This document shows, piece by piece, positions 29,071 through 37,880 of a DNA stretch of 64,000 nt. Origin of the DNA: Candidatus Spongiihabitans sp. (GTDB lineage: Bacteria; Pseudomonadota; Gammaproteobacteria; Arenicellales; Poriferihabitantaceae); assembly GCA_965261335.1 (NCBI GenBank), contig OZ253450.1, positions 2,694,650-2,758,649 on the forward strand, read 5' to 3'. The notes below the pieces were generated by a model. It ran no database searches. It worked only from the letters and a program-made list of their open reading frames with translations, and had not been told where the DNA came from. Position 1 is the stretch's first letter, and each line of letters starts with the position of its first letter. Both the position numbers and the translations under genes were made by a program.

Positions 29071-30227
29071 TTGAATTCACATAATAAGTGCAACACTCCT
29101 AAGTCAGTCAAAGGGTACACTCGTACTCTTTTAACTGAACGGAAAAAAGGAGTAAAACATGACGAGATATACCCATTTGACTGAACACGAAAGATACCAC
29201 ATTTACCTCATGAATCAGCAGCATTGTACACTGACAGAAATCGCTAAAACCATGGGCAGAAGTTAAGTCAACCATCAGCCGTGAAATTAAACGCAATACC
29301 AGGGGCAACGGCTATCACTACAAACAAGCCCACCGCTTTGCCCAAACGCGGCATAAGCAAAAGCACATCAGGCTCAATGACGAGTTAAAGATTCATATTC
29401 AACAAAAGATCGCACTGTATTGGAGTCCTGAACAAATTAGCGGTCGGCAAGAAAATGGAGGAAAACATCAGTATTAGCACCGAATCCATCTATCGTCTCA
29501 TTTTGAAAGACAAAGTAGCTGGTGGGTCGTTATATCGATACTTGCGCCATCAGGGTAAGAAATATCGCAAGTGTTATGGACAGAACGATTACCGCGGACG
29601 CATCCCCAATCGGGTTGATATTGCTGATAGACCCAGTATAGTGGACAGTCGCTCGCGTATAGGCGTAGTGATAGAGGGGGGAGGCTGATTGTGTTATCGG
29701 TAAAGGTCGTCAAGGGGTGTTTGCCACCCTTGCTGAACGCAAAAGTAGGCTTTATCTCGCACTTCGGACTAAGAACAAAACCGCAAAAGAAACCAACGCG
29801 GCTATACTCAGGTTGTTAAAGTATATGAAACAACATGTAATGACACTAACCTTTGATAACGACAGGGAATTTTGTTGGCATAGTGAGCAGTTCGGCGAAC
29901 TCACCGACCCGTTGCCAAACAACTCGAGTGTGAAACTTACTTCGCTAAACCGTATCACTCTTGGGAGCGTGGCTTGAATGCCAAATAATCATCTGGCACA
30001 ATGGCTTGCTCATATTTTTTGCTCAGGCTTTTTGCTCAGGCCGTTTTTTCCAAAGAAAATGCCTTTGCATAAAGTCACCGAAAAAGAGTTGTTCAAAGCG
30101 ACCGATTTAATGAATAACCGACCTAGAAAATGTTTGGGGTATAAAACCCCTTGGGAGGTCTTTTCCCACGCAATGGGAATAGATCATAATATAAACCCGA
30201 GTGTTGCACTTATGGGTTGAATTCGCC
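29071..30227 (+). mobile_element. IS30-family element, copy B (multiple frameshifts and small insertions)
   Basis: Ends TTGAATTCACATAATAAGTGCAACACTCC and GAGTGTTGCACTTATGGGTTGAATTCGCC. ORF pieces are at 29455-29688, 29717-29977 and 29978-30220. Confidence 0.85.
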
Positions 30228-30299
30228 TTATGTTTTTAATGAAAAAATCGAAAACTTTGGTTCTAAACCTGATTTATGCAAAATGCCCATTCATGCATG

Positions 30300-30934
30300 T
30301 TATTGTTTTATATGTAATCGCTGACTAATGTGTTCTTTGAACAGTTCCATTTCCGAATGGGAAAATAATGCGGCAACCAATAGCATATAATACGCAGAGA
30401 TTTCTGACAGTTCTTCATAAAAAGCCTGATGCTCGACCACAACCCATTTTCGATCAAATGCATGGCTGAATACCAACAGTAAAAAGGCAGCAATCGACAA
30501 ATACATGAAGAAATTAGAACGCAAATAAATATCCTTATAAGACCAATAGTGATGATACTCTTTCGCTAACATCGCTATGAGGGCAAAATAGGCAACAAAG
30601 AAAATCACTCGCCCTTCTTCAGCTAGTAAAAAAATGATAAATTGGGGGACATCAAACTTATCAACATCTACCTCACGAAACACAAAGATAAAACAGAAAA
30701 AGATGCACACATAATGCGGGACTGCCCCCCCCCCAGTCGTAATGACGAAATAAAAAATATCAGGCATGATAGAAGCAACATCACCACTTGAATGTTTTCT
30801 ATCCAACTGTTTTCCTTATAAATAAACTCATCATTATTAACCAATACCATAAACGCTAAGGTAAGATTAAGGACAATCAATATAGCCATGACAACGGCAT
30901 TTCTGGGTGTCATAAAATGTTTGATAATATCCAT
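30300..30934 (-). pseudogene. Multi-pass membrane protein of unknown function, reading frame broken at a G10 (plus-strand C10) tract
   Basis: ORFs 30668-30949 and 30300-30806 overlap in different frames, and both read GGG through the homopolymer at 30725-30734. One extra G would fuse them. Both halves are strongly hydrophobic. Confidence 0.55.
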
Positions 30935-30992
30935 CAAGCCCTCAAACAATCCCAGACACCCAGGTAGAAAACACTAAAACGTAGGAAGCCTA

Positions 30993-31385
30993 CTAAAATT
31001 TCTTATAGGCTTGCATCAAATCAACCATCGGATGGGTTTTTGCCATTTGGAATTTAACCAGCAATTCCCGTGCAATCATATCTCGGTCTTGTTGGTTATC
31101 CGGTAGTTTCAGGTCTTCTGGAACCTGTACCCAACCATTGATGTTGCGGTCGAATACCGCCGGTCGGCTTTCTTCATAGCCCATGTGGACATCTTCAAGC
31201 CAGTTCAAATCATCCCAGCCCATTATGTTCATGTACTTTTGCAGAAATTCCGGACAGCGATCCATATCGGGTACTAGATTCACATCATAGCGATAGCCGA
31301 TGTGTTGACCGATGTCTTTTTCTCTACCGGTATCCAATCCATCTGAGTCGATAAATTTATCGACATCTGTTGTGTTTGTAGTCAT
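30993..31385 (-). CDS. 130-aa acidic, Trp-rich protein of unknown function; last gene of the GS-like/GltS-like operon
   Basis: A good AGGAG sits 7 nt upstream of the ATG. There is only a 10-nt gap after the FMN-subunit gene. No motif recognised. Confidence 0.65.
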   Translation of the reverse strand: MTTNTTDVDKFIDSDGLDTGREKDIGQHIGYRYDVNLVPDMDRCPEFLQKYMNIMGWDDLNWLEDVHMGYEESRPAVFDRNINGWVQVPEDLKLPDNQQDRDMIARELLVKFQMAKTHPMVDLMQAYKKF

Positions 31386-31395
31386 TTTATAGCTC

Positions 31396-32736
31396 CTAAA
31401 ATCGGGTCAAATCAGGTCGCCCAACAGTATGTTGGGTGCCTGCCAGAGGAACTTGTGCGAGCGCAGAAGCCTCCATCGTTAATGCGGATAAATCTTCTGG
31501 CTCGAGCGAATGGATATTGGTCTTACCACAAGCCCGCGCCAAAAGCTGCGCTTCAATCGTCAGTGTATGCAGAAAGTTATAGACCCTTTCTGCGGCTTGG
31601 TCAGGATTAAGACGCTTACGCAGAATCGGGTCCTGAGTTGCCACACCTACCGGACAACGACCAGTATGGCAATGGTAACAGTGACCGGCTTCAACACCCA
31701 TTTCATTCTCGAAATCGGCTTCTGGAATATCTTTGTTGCAGTTCAACGCCATCAAAGCCGAATGACCGATGGCAACTGCATCCGCACCCAGGGCCAAGGC
31801 TTTCGCCAAATCACCGCCATTACGAATGCCGCCCGCATATACCAGCGATATTTCCCCTGATTTACCGACATCTTCAATCGCTCTTCGCGCTTGGCGGATA
31901 GCGGCAATGCCGGGCACACCGGTTTCTTCGGTGGCAAGGTGAGGTCCAGCACCAGTGCCGCCTTCCATACCATCGATATAAATCGAATCAGGTCCAGTTT
32001 TCGCTGCCATCCGCACATCATCATAAACCCGCGCAGCACCCAGTTTTAACTGAATCGGAATTTCGCCATTGGTCGCTTCACGAATTTCATTGATTTTCAA
32101 CGCCAAATCATCGGGTCCCAACCAGTCCGGGTGACGCGCTGGTGAACGTTGATCAATTCCAGCGGGTAGCGAGCGCATTTCTGCCACCTGATCGGTTACT
32201 TTTTGTCCCATCAAGTGTCCGCCAAGCCCGACCTTACAGCCTTGACCGATAAAAAACTCCACACAATCAGCAAGACGTAAATGGTTGGGATTGAAGCCAT
32301 AGCGGGATTGGATACATTGATACATCCACTTTTCGGAATAACGGCGTTCATCAGGAATCATACCCCCTTCGCCCGAACAGGTTGCCGTCCCCGCCATAGT
32401 CGCACCTCGTGCCAATGCGGTTTTAGCTTCATAGGACAATGCACCAAAACTCATACCGGTAATATAAACCGGAATGTCTAGTACCATCGGGCGCTTTGCC
32501 TTTGGCCCGATAATGGTTTGGGTGAGACACTTTTCCCGATAACCCTCAATGACAAAACGGGTTAGTGTGCCCGGCATAAAGGTTAAGTCATCCCAAGTCG
32601 GGATTTTTTTGAATAATGAGAAACCCCGCATACGGTAGCGTCCCAATTCGGCTTTGATATGAATATCATCCATCACCTCTGGCGGGAACATGAAACTTTG
32701 CCCTAGGTGACTGGTATCTCTCTTTGTTTTTAACAT
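31396..32736 (-). CDS. Glutamate-synthase-like FMN subunit (GltB central-domain homologue; MgsC/GlxD-like)
   Basis: GMSFGALS, the FMN-binding ISLVYAGGIRNGGDLAKALALGADAVAIG, and a Cys cluster CYHCHTGRCP. The start at 32736 (AAGGGGA RBS) is preferred over 32766. Confidence 0.85.
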   Translation of the reverse strand: MLKTKRDTSHLGQSFMFPPEVMDDIHIKAELGRYRMRGFSLFKKIPTWDDLTFMPGTLTRFVIEGYREKCLTQTIIGPKAKRPMVLDIPVYITGMSFGALSYEAKTALARGATMAGTATCSGEGGMIPDERRYSEKWMYQCIQSRYGFNPNHLRLADCVEFFIGQGCKVGLGGHLMGQKVTDQVAEMRSLPAGIDQRSPARHPDWLGPDDLALKINEIREATNGEIPIQLKLGAARVYDDVRMAAKTGPDSIYIDGMEGGTGAGPHLATEETGVPGIAAIRQARRAIEDVGKSGEISLVYAGGIRNGGDLAKALALGADAVAIGHSALMALNCNKDIPEADFENEMGVEAGHCYHCHTGRCPVGVATQDPILRKRLNPDQAAERVYNFLHTLTIEAQLLARACGKTNIHSLEPEDLSALTMEASALAQVPLAGTQHTVGRPDLTRF

Positions 32737-32772
32737 AATTAGTTTCCCCTTAATTATTGATAGCACTCACAT

Positions 32773-33612
32773 TTATAGTACCAATTTCTTCTCGGTCGGC
32801 TCAAGGTTATCGTAATTCCATAACTGCTTGCCGGCGACAAATTTCTTTAAGTTTTCGATACCACAAGCGGGCTCGATACCATATAGACCTAACTTTGTTT
32901 TTAACCATTTCATGTCGATGTCGTTCATTTCACCGGGCACACAATCAACCCCTAAATCTTCGACTTCACCACCAACAAAAATGGTGCCGTCATACATGGA
33001 ATCACCCAGATTTTTACCCGCATCACCGCAAATCACCATGCGTCCGCGTTGCATCATAAATCCAGTGAAGGCTCCCGTACGACCGCCGACGATGATGGTG
33101 CCACCTTTTTGGTCGATACCAGTTCGCGAACCGACATCGCCACGGCAGACCAAATCACCACCCCGAATCGCCGCCCCAAAGGTTGAACCAGCATTTTTAT
33201 CGATGACTACTTTACCTGCCATCATGTTTTCTGCACACGACCAGCCGACTCGACCAGTAATATGAATGTTCGGTCCATCAATCAATCCGCATCCGAAATA
33301 CCCCAGACTACCCTCAAACTTCAGGTTTAAGCGATTCAGGATGCCCACTCCGACACCGTGTTTGGCGCGCGGGTTTTTTACCGTAATGGAGCCATGACCA
33401 GATTGCATCAATGCACGAATTTTTAAGTTGATTGCGGATGGATCCATTGCTTCAGCGTCAAACTCCGCGGTTTTGTCAAAATCAACTTCATGTGCCCAAG
33501 GGTAGGTGAAATTCTCATCCTCAGTCGCACTAAAAAACCGCTGTTGCGTTCTGCCGGTCAACTGCTCGGCATGCAGACCCATGTCATGGGATTTGTGTTC
33601 TACACCTGCCAT
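32773..33612 (-). CDS. GXGXG-motif subunit (glutamate synthase alpha C-terminal-domain homologue; MgsB/GlxC-like)
   Basis: Repeated G-x-G-x-G beta-helix motifs (GSLGYFGCGL, GDVGSRTGI, GGRTGAFTGF, GDAGKNLGD). The start at 33612 has a GGAGG RBS. Confidence 0.85.
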   Translation of the reverse strand: MAGVEHKSHDMGLHAEQLTGRTQQRFFSATEDENFTYPWAHEVDFDKTAEFDAEAMDPSAINLKIRALMQSGHGSITVKNPRAKHGVGVGILNRLNLKFEGSLGYFGCGLIDGPNIHITGRVGWSCAENMMAGKVVIDKNAGSTFGAAIRGGDLVCRGDVGSRTGIDQKGGTIIVGGRTGAFTGFMMQRGRMVICGDAGKNLGDSMYDGTIFVGGEVEDLGVDCVPGEMNDIDMKWLKTKLGLYGIEPACGIENLKKFVAGKQLWNYDNLEPTEKKLVL

Positions 33613-34532
33613 ACTTTTACCTCCCCGTGATACGGATCCCAAGTTTCAATTTCATTCGGAAATATGCTACGGATAGCGACCTCTTCGGAAGCCAAACCAA
33701 CAAATTCCTCGCTTTCGTATAACACCATCGGCTTCGCTGCCATCACATCTTTTGCCATTCCTAGTTTGTCGCTGGTTGCAACCAGATAGGTGAAAACACC
33801 GTCTAGTTCATCGATAGAGCGATTCATGGCGGACTCGAGGTTATCGCCTTCGCTCATGCGGTCGGCGATATAAACGGCAATCAATTCCGAATCGCAATTA
33901 GACATAAAACGATGCCCACGGCGTTCCATGTTGCGGCGAAAGCTCCAGTAGTTGGTAAGCTGTCCATTATGCACCACCGAAACATCATTAAACGGATACG
34001 CCCAATAAGGATGCGCCGAACGAATATCCACATCCGATTCGGTCGCCATGCGCGTATGCCCGATGCCATGCGTCCCCTGAAAGGAGTTCAAGCCATATTG
34101 ATTAGAGACCACACCGGCATCGCCCAAGTCTTTGACCAATTCCAAGCCCTGCCCAATGGACAGAATTTCTACATTTTCTATATCTTCGACATAATCAGCG
34201 AGTTTTCTCATATCACCATCAAATGAAAACGTATAGCGATGGGAATATTCGGTTGCCCCATCGCGGCGGCTCACTGTTACACCCAATTTTTCCAGTCGGT
34301 CGTCAACTACTTTTTGGCGTTCGATCACTTTCTGATGTATGTCAAAACCTTTCATGTCATCCTGTTCGGCAACATTAAAGCGCATTACATACTGATTTTC
34401 AGTCGGATGTCCGTAAAGCGCGAAGCCAGTGGAATCCGGACCCCGATGCTTCAAAGATTGGAGCATCGATGTCATTTCGGCTCCCACATCAGAGATTTTT
34501 CCTCGATGTATTAGTCCTGCTATACCGCACAT
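33600..34532 (-). CDS. Class II (Ntn) glutamine amidotransferase-like subunit (MgsA/GlxB-like)
   Basis: Begins MCGIAGL with the catalytic Cys directly after Met. 310 aa, with GIGHTRMATES and VVHNGQLTNY. Confidence 0.85.
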   Translation of the reverse strand: MCGIAGLIHRGKISDVGAEMTSMLQSLKHRGPDSTGFALYGHPTENQYVMRFNVAEQDDMKGFDIHQKVIERQKVVDDRLEKLGVTVSRRDGATEYSHRYTFSFDGDMRKLADYVEDIENVEILSIGQGLELVKDLGDAGVVSNQYGLNSFQGTHGIGHTRMATESDVDIRSAHPYWAYPFNDVSVVHNGQLTNYWSFRRNMERRGHRFMSNCDSELIAVYIADRMSEGDNLESAMNRSIDELDGVFTYLVATSDKLGMAKDVMAAKPMVLYESEEFVGLASEEVAIRSIFPNEIETWDPYHGEVKVWQV

Positions 34533-34684
34533 TTTGCAAGTCCTCGTTAAGTTATTTGAAAAACATTAAAGCAAACTAAGATCGCTCGGCATTACCCCGA
34601 GCAGTCTAGCCACAATAAACCGTGATTAAACAAGCCGTATTAACGGCAGCGAAAAGTCCTGATTACCGCAAGGTACTCTATAAA

Positions 34685-36205
34685 CTAAGGCAAACAATCG
34701 AGATAATTTTCCAAGTCCCAATCGGAAACCGCATGATTAAATCGCTCCCATTCATCATTTTTATAGTGATGGTAAACCCGATACATTTCATCAGGCATGG
34801 ACGAGCGCACCACATCATCGTTTGCTAACTCTTTTAAGGCATCACCCAAATTCATCGGCAATTTCTTAACCTGCTTGCCCGCTTCCATCGCCGCATAGAT
34901 GTTACGCTCTTCAGGTTCACCCGGATCAAGGTTTCGCGATATGCCATCATCAAACACCTTGAGTAGTGCGCCTCCCATCAAGTAGGGGTTGACCATTGAG
35001 TCCACCGAGCGATACTCAAACCGCCCGGGGGCAGAAACGCGCAATGCACAGGTTCTGTTTTGGAAGCCCCAGTCAGCAAAAACAGGAGCCCAGAAACCAG
35101 TGTCCCATAAACGGCGATAGGAATTCACCGTGGAAGAGCCAATAGCGGTCAATGCACTGAGGTGATCAATGACCCCGCCGATTGATTTAAGACCAACAGG
35201 TCCGGGTTTGACCGCATCAATTCCCGGGTCTGGCATAAAATGGTTGGTGCCGCCTTCACGATAGGAAAAGACATCATTCATACCCGGAATACTTTTCTGG
35301 TGCAGTTTATTGACCACATCTTTACCGCCCGACCATAACGAAACATTATGGTGGCAACCCGATGCAGAGACATTCATAAACGGCTTGGACATGAAGCAGG
35401 CATGTAGCCCCTTCTCTCGTGCAACCTGTGCACAAATTTGACGATAGGTTGTCAATCGGTCAGCATTTCTCAATACATCATCAAACATCCAGTTCAATTC
35501 AAGTTGTCCGGGTGCGTCCTCGTGGTCGCCCTGAATCATATCGAATCCCATCTTTTCACCATATTCGATAACCTGCATAAACGCGGGGCGAAGCTCTTCG
35601 AATTGATCGATGTGATAACAGTTGGGTTTAGTAACCCCACCTTGTAATTGTTTATTTTCATCTAACTTGAGCCACATCATTTCTGGTTCGGTGCCGGCAC
35701 GCATGTGCATGTCGTATTTATTCTCAAACTCCTTATGAATCAGCTCCAAGTTGCCCCGACAGTCGGAAGTTAGGTGGGCACCAGGATTAACCCGTTCTTC
35801 ACGATTGCGGTAGCAGGTACAAAATACTCGCGCAATCCGTTTATCCCAAGGTAACTGCACAAAGGTCTCAGGGTCTGGAATACCGACCAGCTCCGATGCT
35901 TCCGGTCCATAGCCAATATAATCACCATGCCGGTCAATAAACAGGTTGGCGGTTGAGCCATAAACCAATTGGAAGCCTTTATCTGCGACACGTTCCCAAT
36001 GATCAGCAGGAATCCCTTTGCCGACAATTCGACCGGTGACGGAAACAAACTGGAAGTAAATATAGGTGACTCCAGTTTCTTTGATTTTGTCGCGTACTTG
36101 CTTGATTAAGTCCGCTCGTCCCGAGGCATTAACCCGTCGCTCCAAATCGGTTGATGTTTGCACCTTGCTGGTGGATTGTTTTGTCGTTACTTTCTTTTTA
36201 GCCAT
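34685..36205 (-). CDS. Glutamine-synthetase-family enzyme (gamma-glutamylmethylamide synthetase GmaS / GlnT-like)
   Basis: GS catalytic-domain motifs GTEPEMMW, GDHEDAPGQLELNW and NSYRRL. Lys-rich N-terminal extension. The start at 36205 has a GGAGAG RBS. Confidence 0.8.
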   Translation of the reverse strand: MAKKKVTTKQSTSKVQTSTDLERRVNASGRADLIKQVRDKIKETGVTYIYFQFVSVTGRIVGKGIPADHWERVADKGFQLVYGSTANLFIDRHGDYIGYGPEASELVGIPDPETFVQLPWDKRIARVFCTCYRNREERVNPGAHLTSDCRGNLELIHKEFENKYDMHMRAGTEPEMMWLKLDENKQLQGGVTKPNCYHIDQFEELRPAFMQVIEYGEKMGFDMIQGDHEDAPGQLELNWMFDDVLRNADRLTTYRQICAQVAREKGLHACFMSKPFMNVSASGCHHNVSLWSGGKDVVNKLHQKSIPGMNDVFSYREGGTNHFMPDPGIDAVKPGPVGLKSIGGVIDHLSALTAIGSSTVNSYRRLWDTGFWAPVFADWGFQNRTCALRVSAPGRFEYRSVDSMVNPYLMGGALLKVFDDGISRNLDPGEPEERNIYAAMEAGKQVKKLPMNLGDALKELANDDVVRSSMPDEMYRVYHHYKNDEWERFNHAVSDWDLENYLDCLP

Positions 36206-36292
36206 TTTTCTCTCCAATAATATATCGTTTAGTTAGTGGTTAAAATCGTGTGGTTGTTAGCCCAGTTACCGCTTTGTCCAGAAAGACGAATA

Positions 36293-37633
36293 TTAACTCC
36301 AAGGAAACGGGCTGTTGGATACCGGGTGTAACTTACCTTCAATATAGCGCGAAAAGCGAAATGGTTCCAATAGTTTGCTTTTTGAACCAACCAGTTCTGA
36401 GGCAACCAATTTACCAACCCCCAGCATTTTGTAACCATGATTAGAATCAGCAATGAAATAACAGTTGTCTCTAAATCGATCAAAAATCGGAAAACTATCG
36501 GGGGTAAACGCGCCTATTCCGCCAGACGGTTCATTATTGTATTTAGCCATCTGTCCCTCAAAACGCTTCTGACAATGGGCTAACGCCGACACCCACATAT
36601 GCGCAAACTCATCGCCCACAATAAACTCCGGCGAATCCACACCATAAGGATCAACATCAACCTGCTCGGGGTCGGTTTTCACCTTGAATGGTGCCGCCCC
36701 GCCCTGTATGCCATTGAAATGAAAGTCAGGCTTATAATAAATGCCCCACATTTCATCGGTAATCAACGAGCCATCCTCATCAGAGTACAGCGGCGCATTG
36801 GAATCAACATGAATCACCGGCGGCAATTGCCCATCATTGGTTTTTTGCATCTCCGGATCAACGCCGAGCGTGCCTTCTTGCAATGACCAGTAAACCCACA
36901 TCGGTATGTCTTTATGTATCTCGTTAGCGGATTTAATATCCACTGACTTGGGTAATTCGAGCATATCCCAGACTGTCTTTGCCCATGGTCCAGGTGCCAC
37001 AACCAATTGCTCGCAGGCAATGTTGCCCTTGTCGGTAACCACCGTTTTGATTGTGCCACTGGCATTGTCGCTTTCGAAGCCTGTCACCGTCACCCCGGTT
37101 AATATACGCACGCCCTGTGCTTCCGCCTTGCTGGCAAGCCCATACAATGACTTGGTATTATTCGCAAAACCACCCTTTTTTTCATGCAACACAGAGGTAA
37201 TGCCTTGCGCCTGCCAGTCATGGAACAAGCCTTTCATATAATTCGTCGATGCCTGCTCGCCTTCGATAAAGACCGATTCATATCCAATCTCTTTTTGCTG
37301 CTCGGCAATTGCTGCCACATCATCAAACATCGAATCAGGACTAATCTGCATATAACCGACCGGATGATAACTATAAGCAGTCGTGTCGCTTTCCCATACT
37401 TCAACACATTGTGCCATAAGTTCGCGCATCGCCGGTTGGAAATAATTATTTCTGACAACGCCACAGGCGATGCCTGAAGCACCCGCACCAATAGACGTTT
37501 TATCAACGATCAGTATATCACTCCCATCACCCTTGCCTTTGGCTTTGAGTTCTAACGCTAAATGGTATGCCGTGCTTAATCCGTGAATGCCGGCACCAAT
37601 AATCAGGTAATTACTGTGCTGAGGGAATGCCAT
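36293..37633 (-). CDS. FAD-dependent oxidoreductase of the DAO/sarcosine-oxidase-beta (SoxB/MgdA-like) family
   Basis: N-terminal Rossmann NYLIIGAGIHGLSTAYHLA, then GASGIACGVVRNNY as in SoxB-type enzymes. 446 aa. First gene of the operon. Confidence 0.75.
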   Translation of the reverse strand: MAFPQHSNYLIIGAGIHGLSTAYHLALELKAKGKGDGSDILIVDKTSIGAGASGIACGVVRNNYFQPAMRELMAQCVEVWESDTTAYSYHPVGYMQISPDSMFDDVAAIAEQQKEIGYESVFIEGEQASTNYMKGLFHDWQAQGITSVLHEKKGGFANNTKSLYGLASKAEAQGVRILTGVTVTGFESDNASGTIKTVVTDKGNIACEQLVVAPGPWAKTVWDMLELPKSVDIKSANEIHKDIPMWVYWSLQEGTLGVDPEMQKTNDGQLPPVIHVDSNAPLYSDEDGSLITDEMWGIYYKPDFHFNGIQGGAAPFKVKTDPEQVDVDPYGVDSPEFIVGDEFAHMWVSALAHCQKRFEGQMAKYNNEPSGGIGAFTPDSFPIFDRFRDNCYFIADSNHGYKMLGVGKLVASELVGSKSKLLEPFRFSRYIEGKLHPVSNSPFPWS

Positions 37634-37809
37634 GATTGATTTCTAGTATTAGTTAAAAATTTATGGTATATTTTTAGTACATTTATTTTGAATAGATTCT
37701 ATACCATTCTCTAAATAAATGTAACAAAGACTATTTAACCACTAACTCTGCCCAGTTTACAATACCTAATCGACCAATATTTGAGTTATTGTATATACCA
37801 TTTATAAAC

Positions 37810-37880
37810 CATTTTACAGGAGCCTAGTTTTTGTCTGCTAGCAAGGAGAAAGTGCGCGAAATGAGGGAGTTTATACTTAT
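37810..37880. mobile_element. MITE1 half-copy (degenerate), abutting the IS5-group terminus
   Basis: CTAGCAAGGAGAAAGTGCGCGAAATGAGGGAGTTTATACTTAT matches the left arm of copies A and C. The left terminus is degenerate. Confidence 0.55.
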
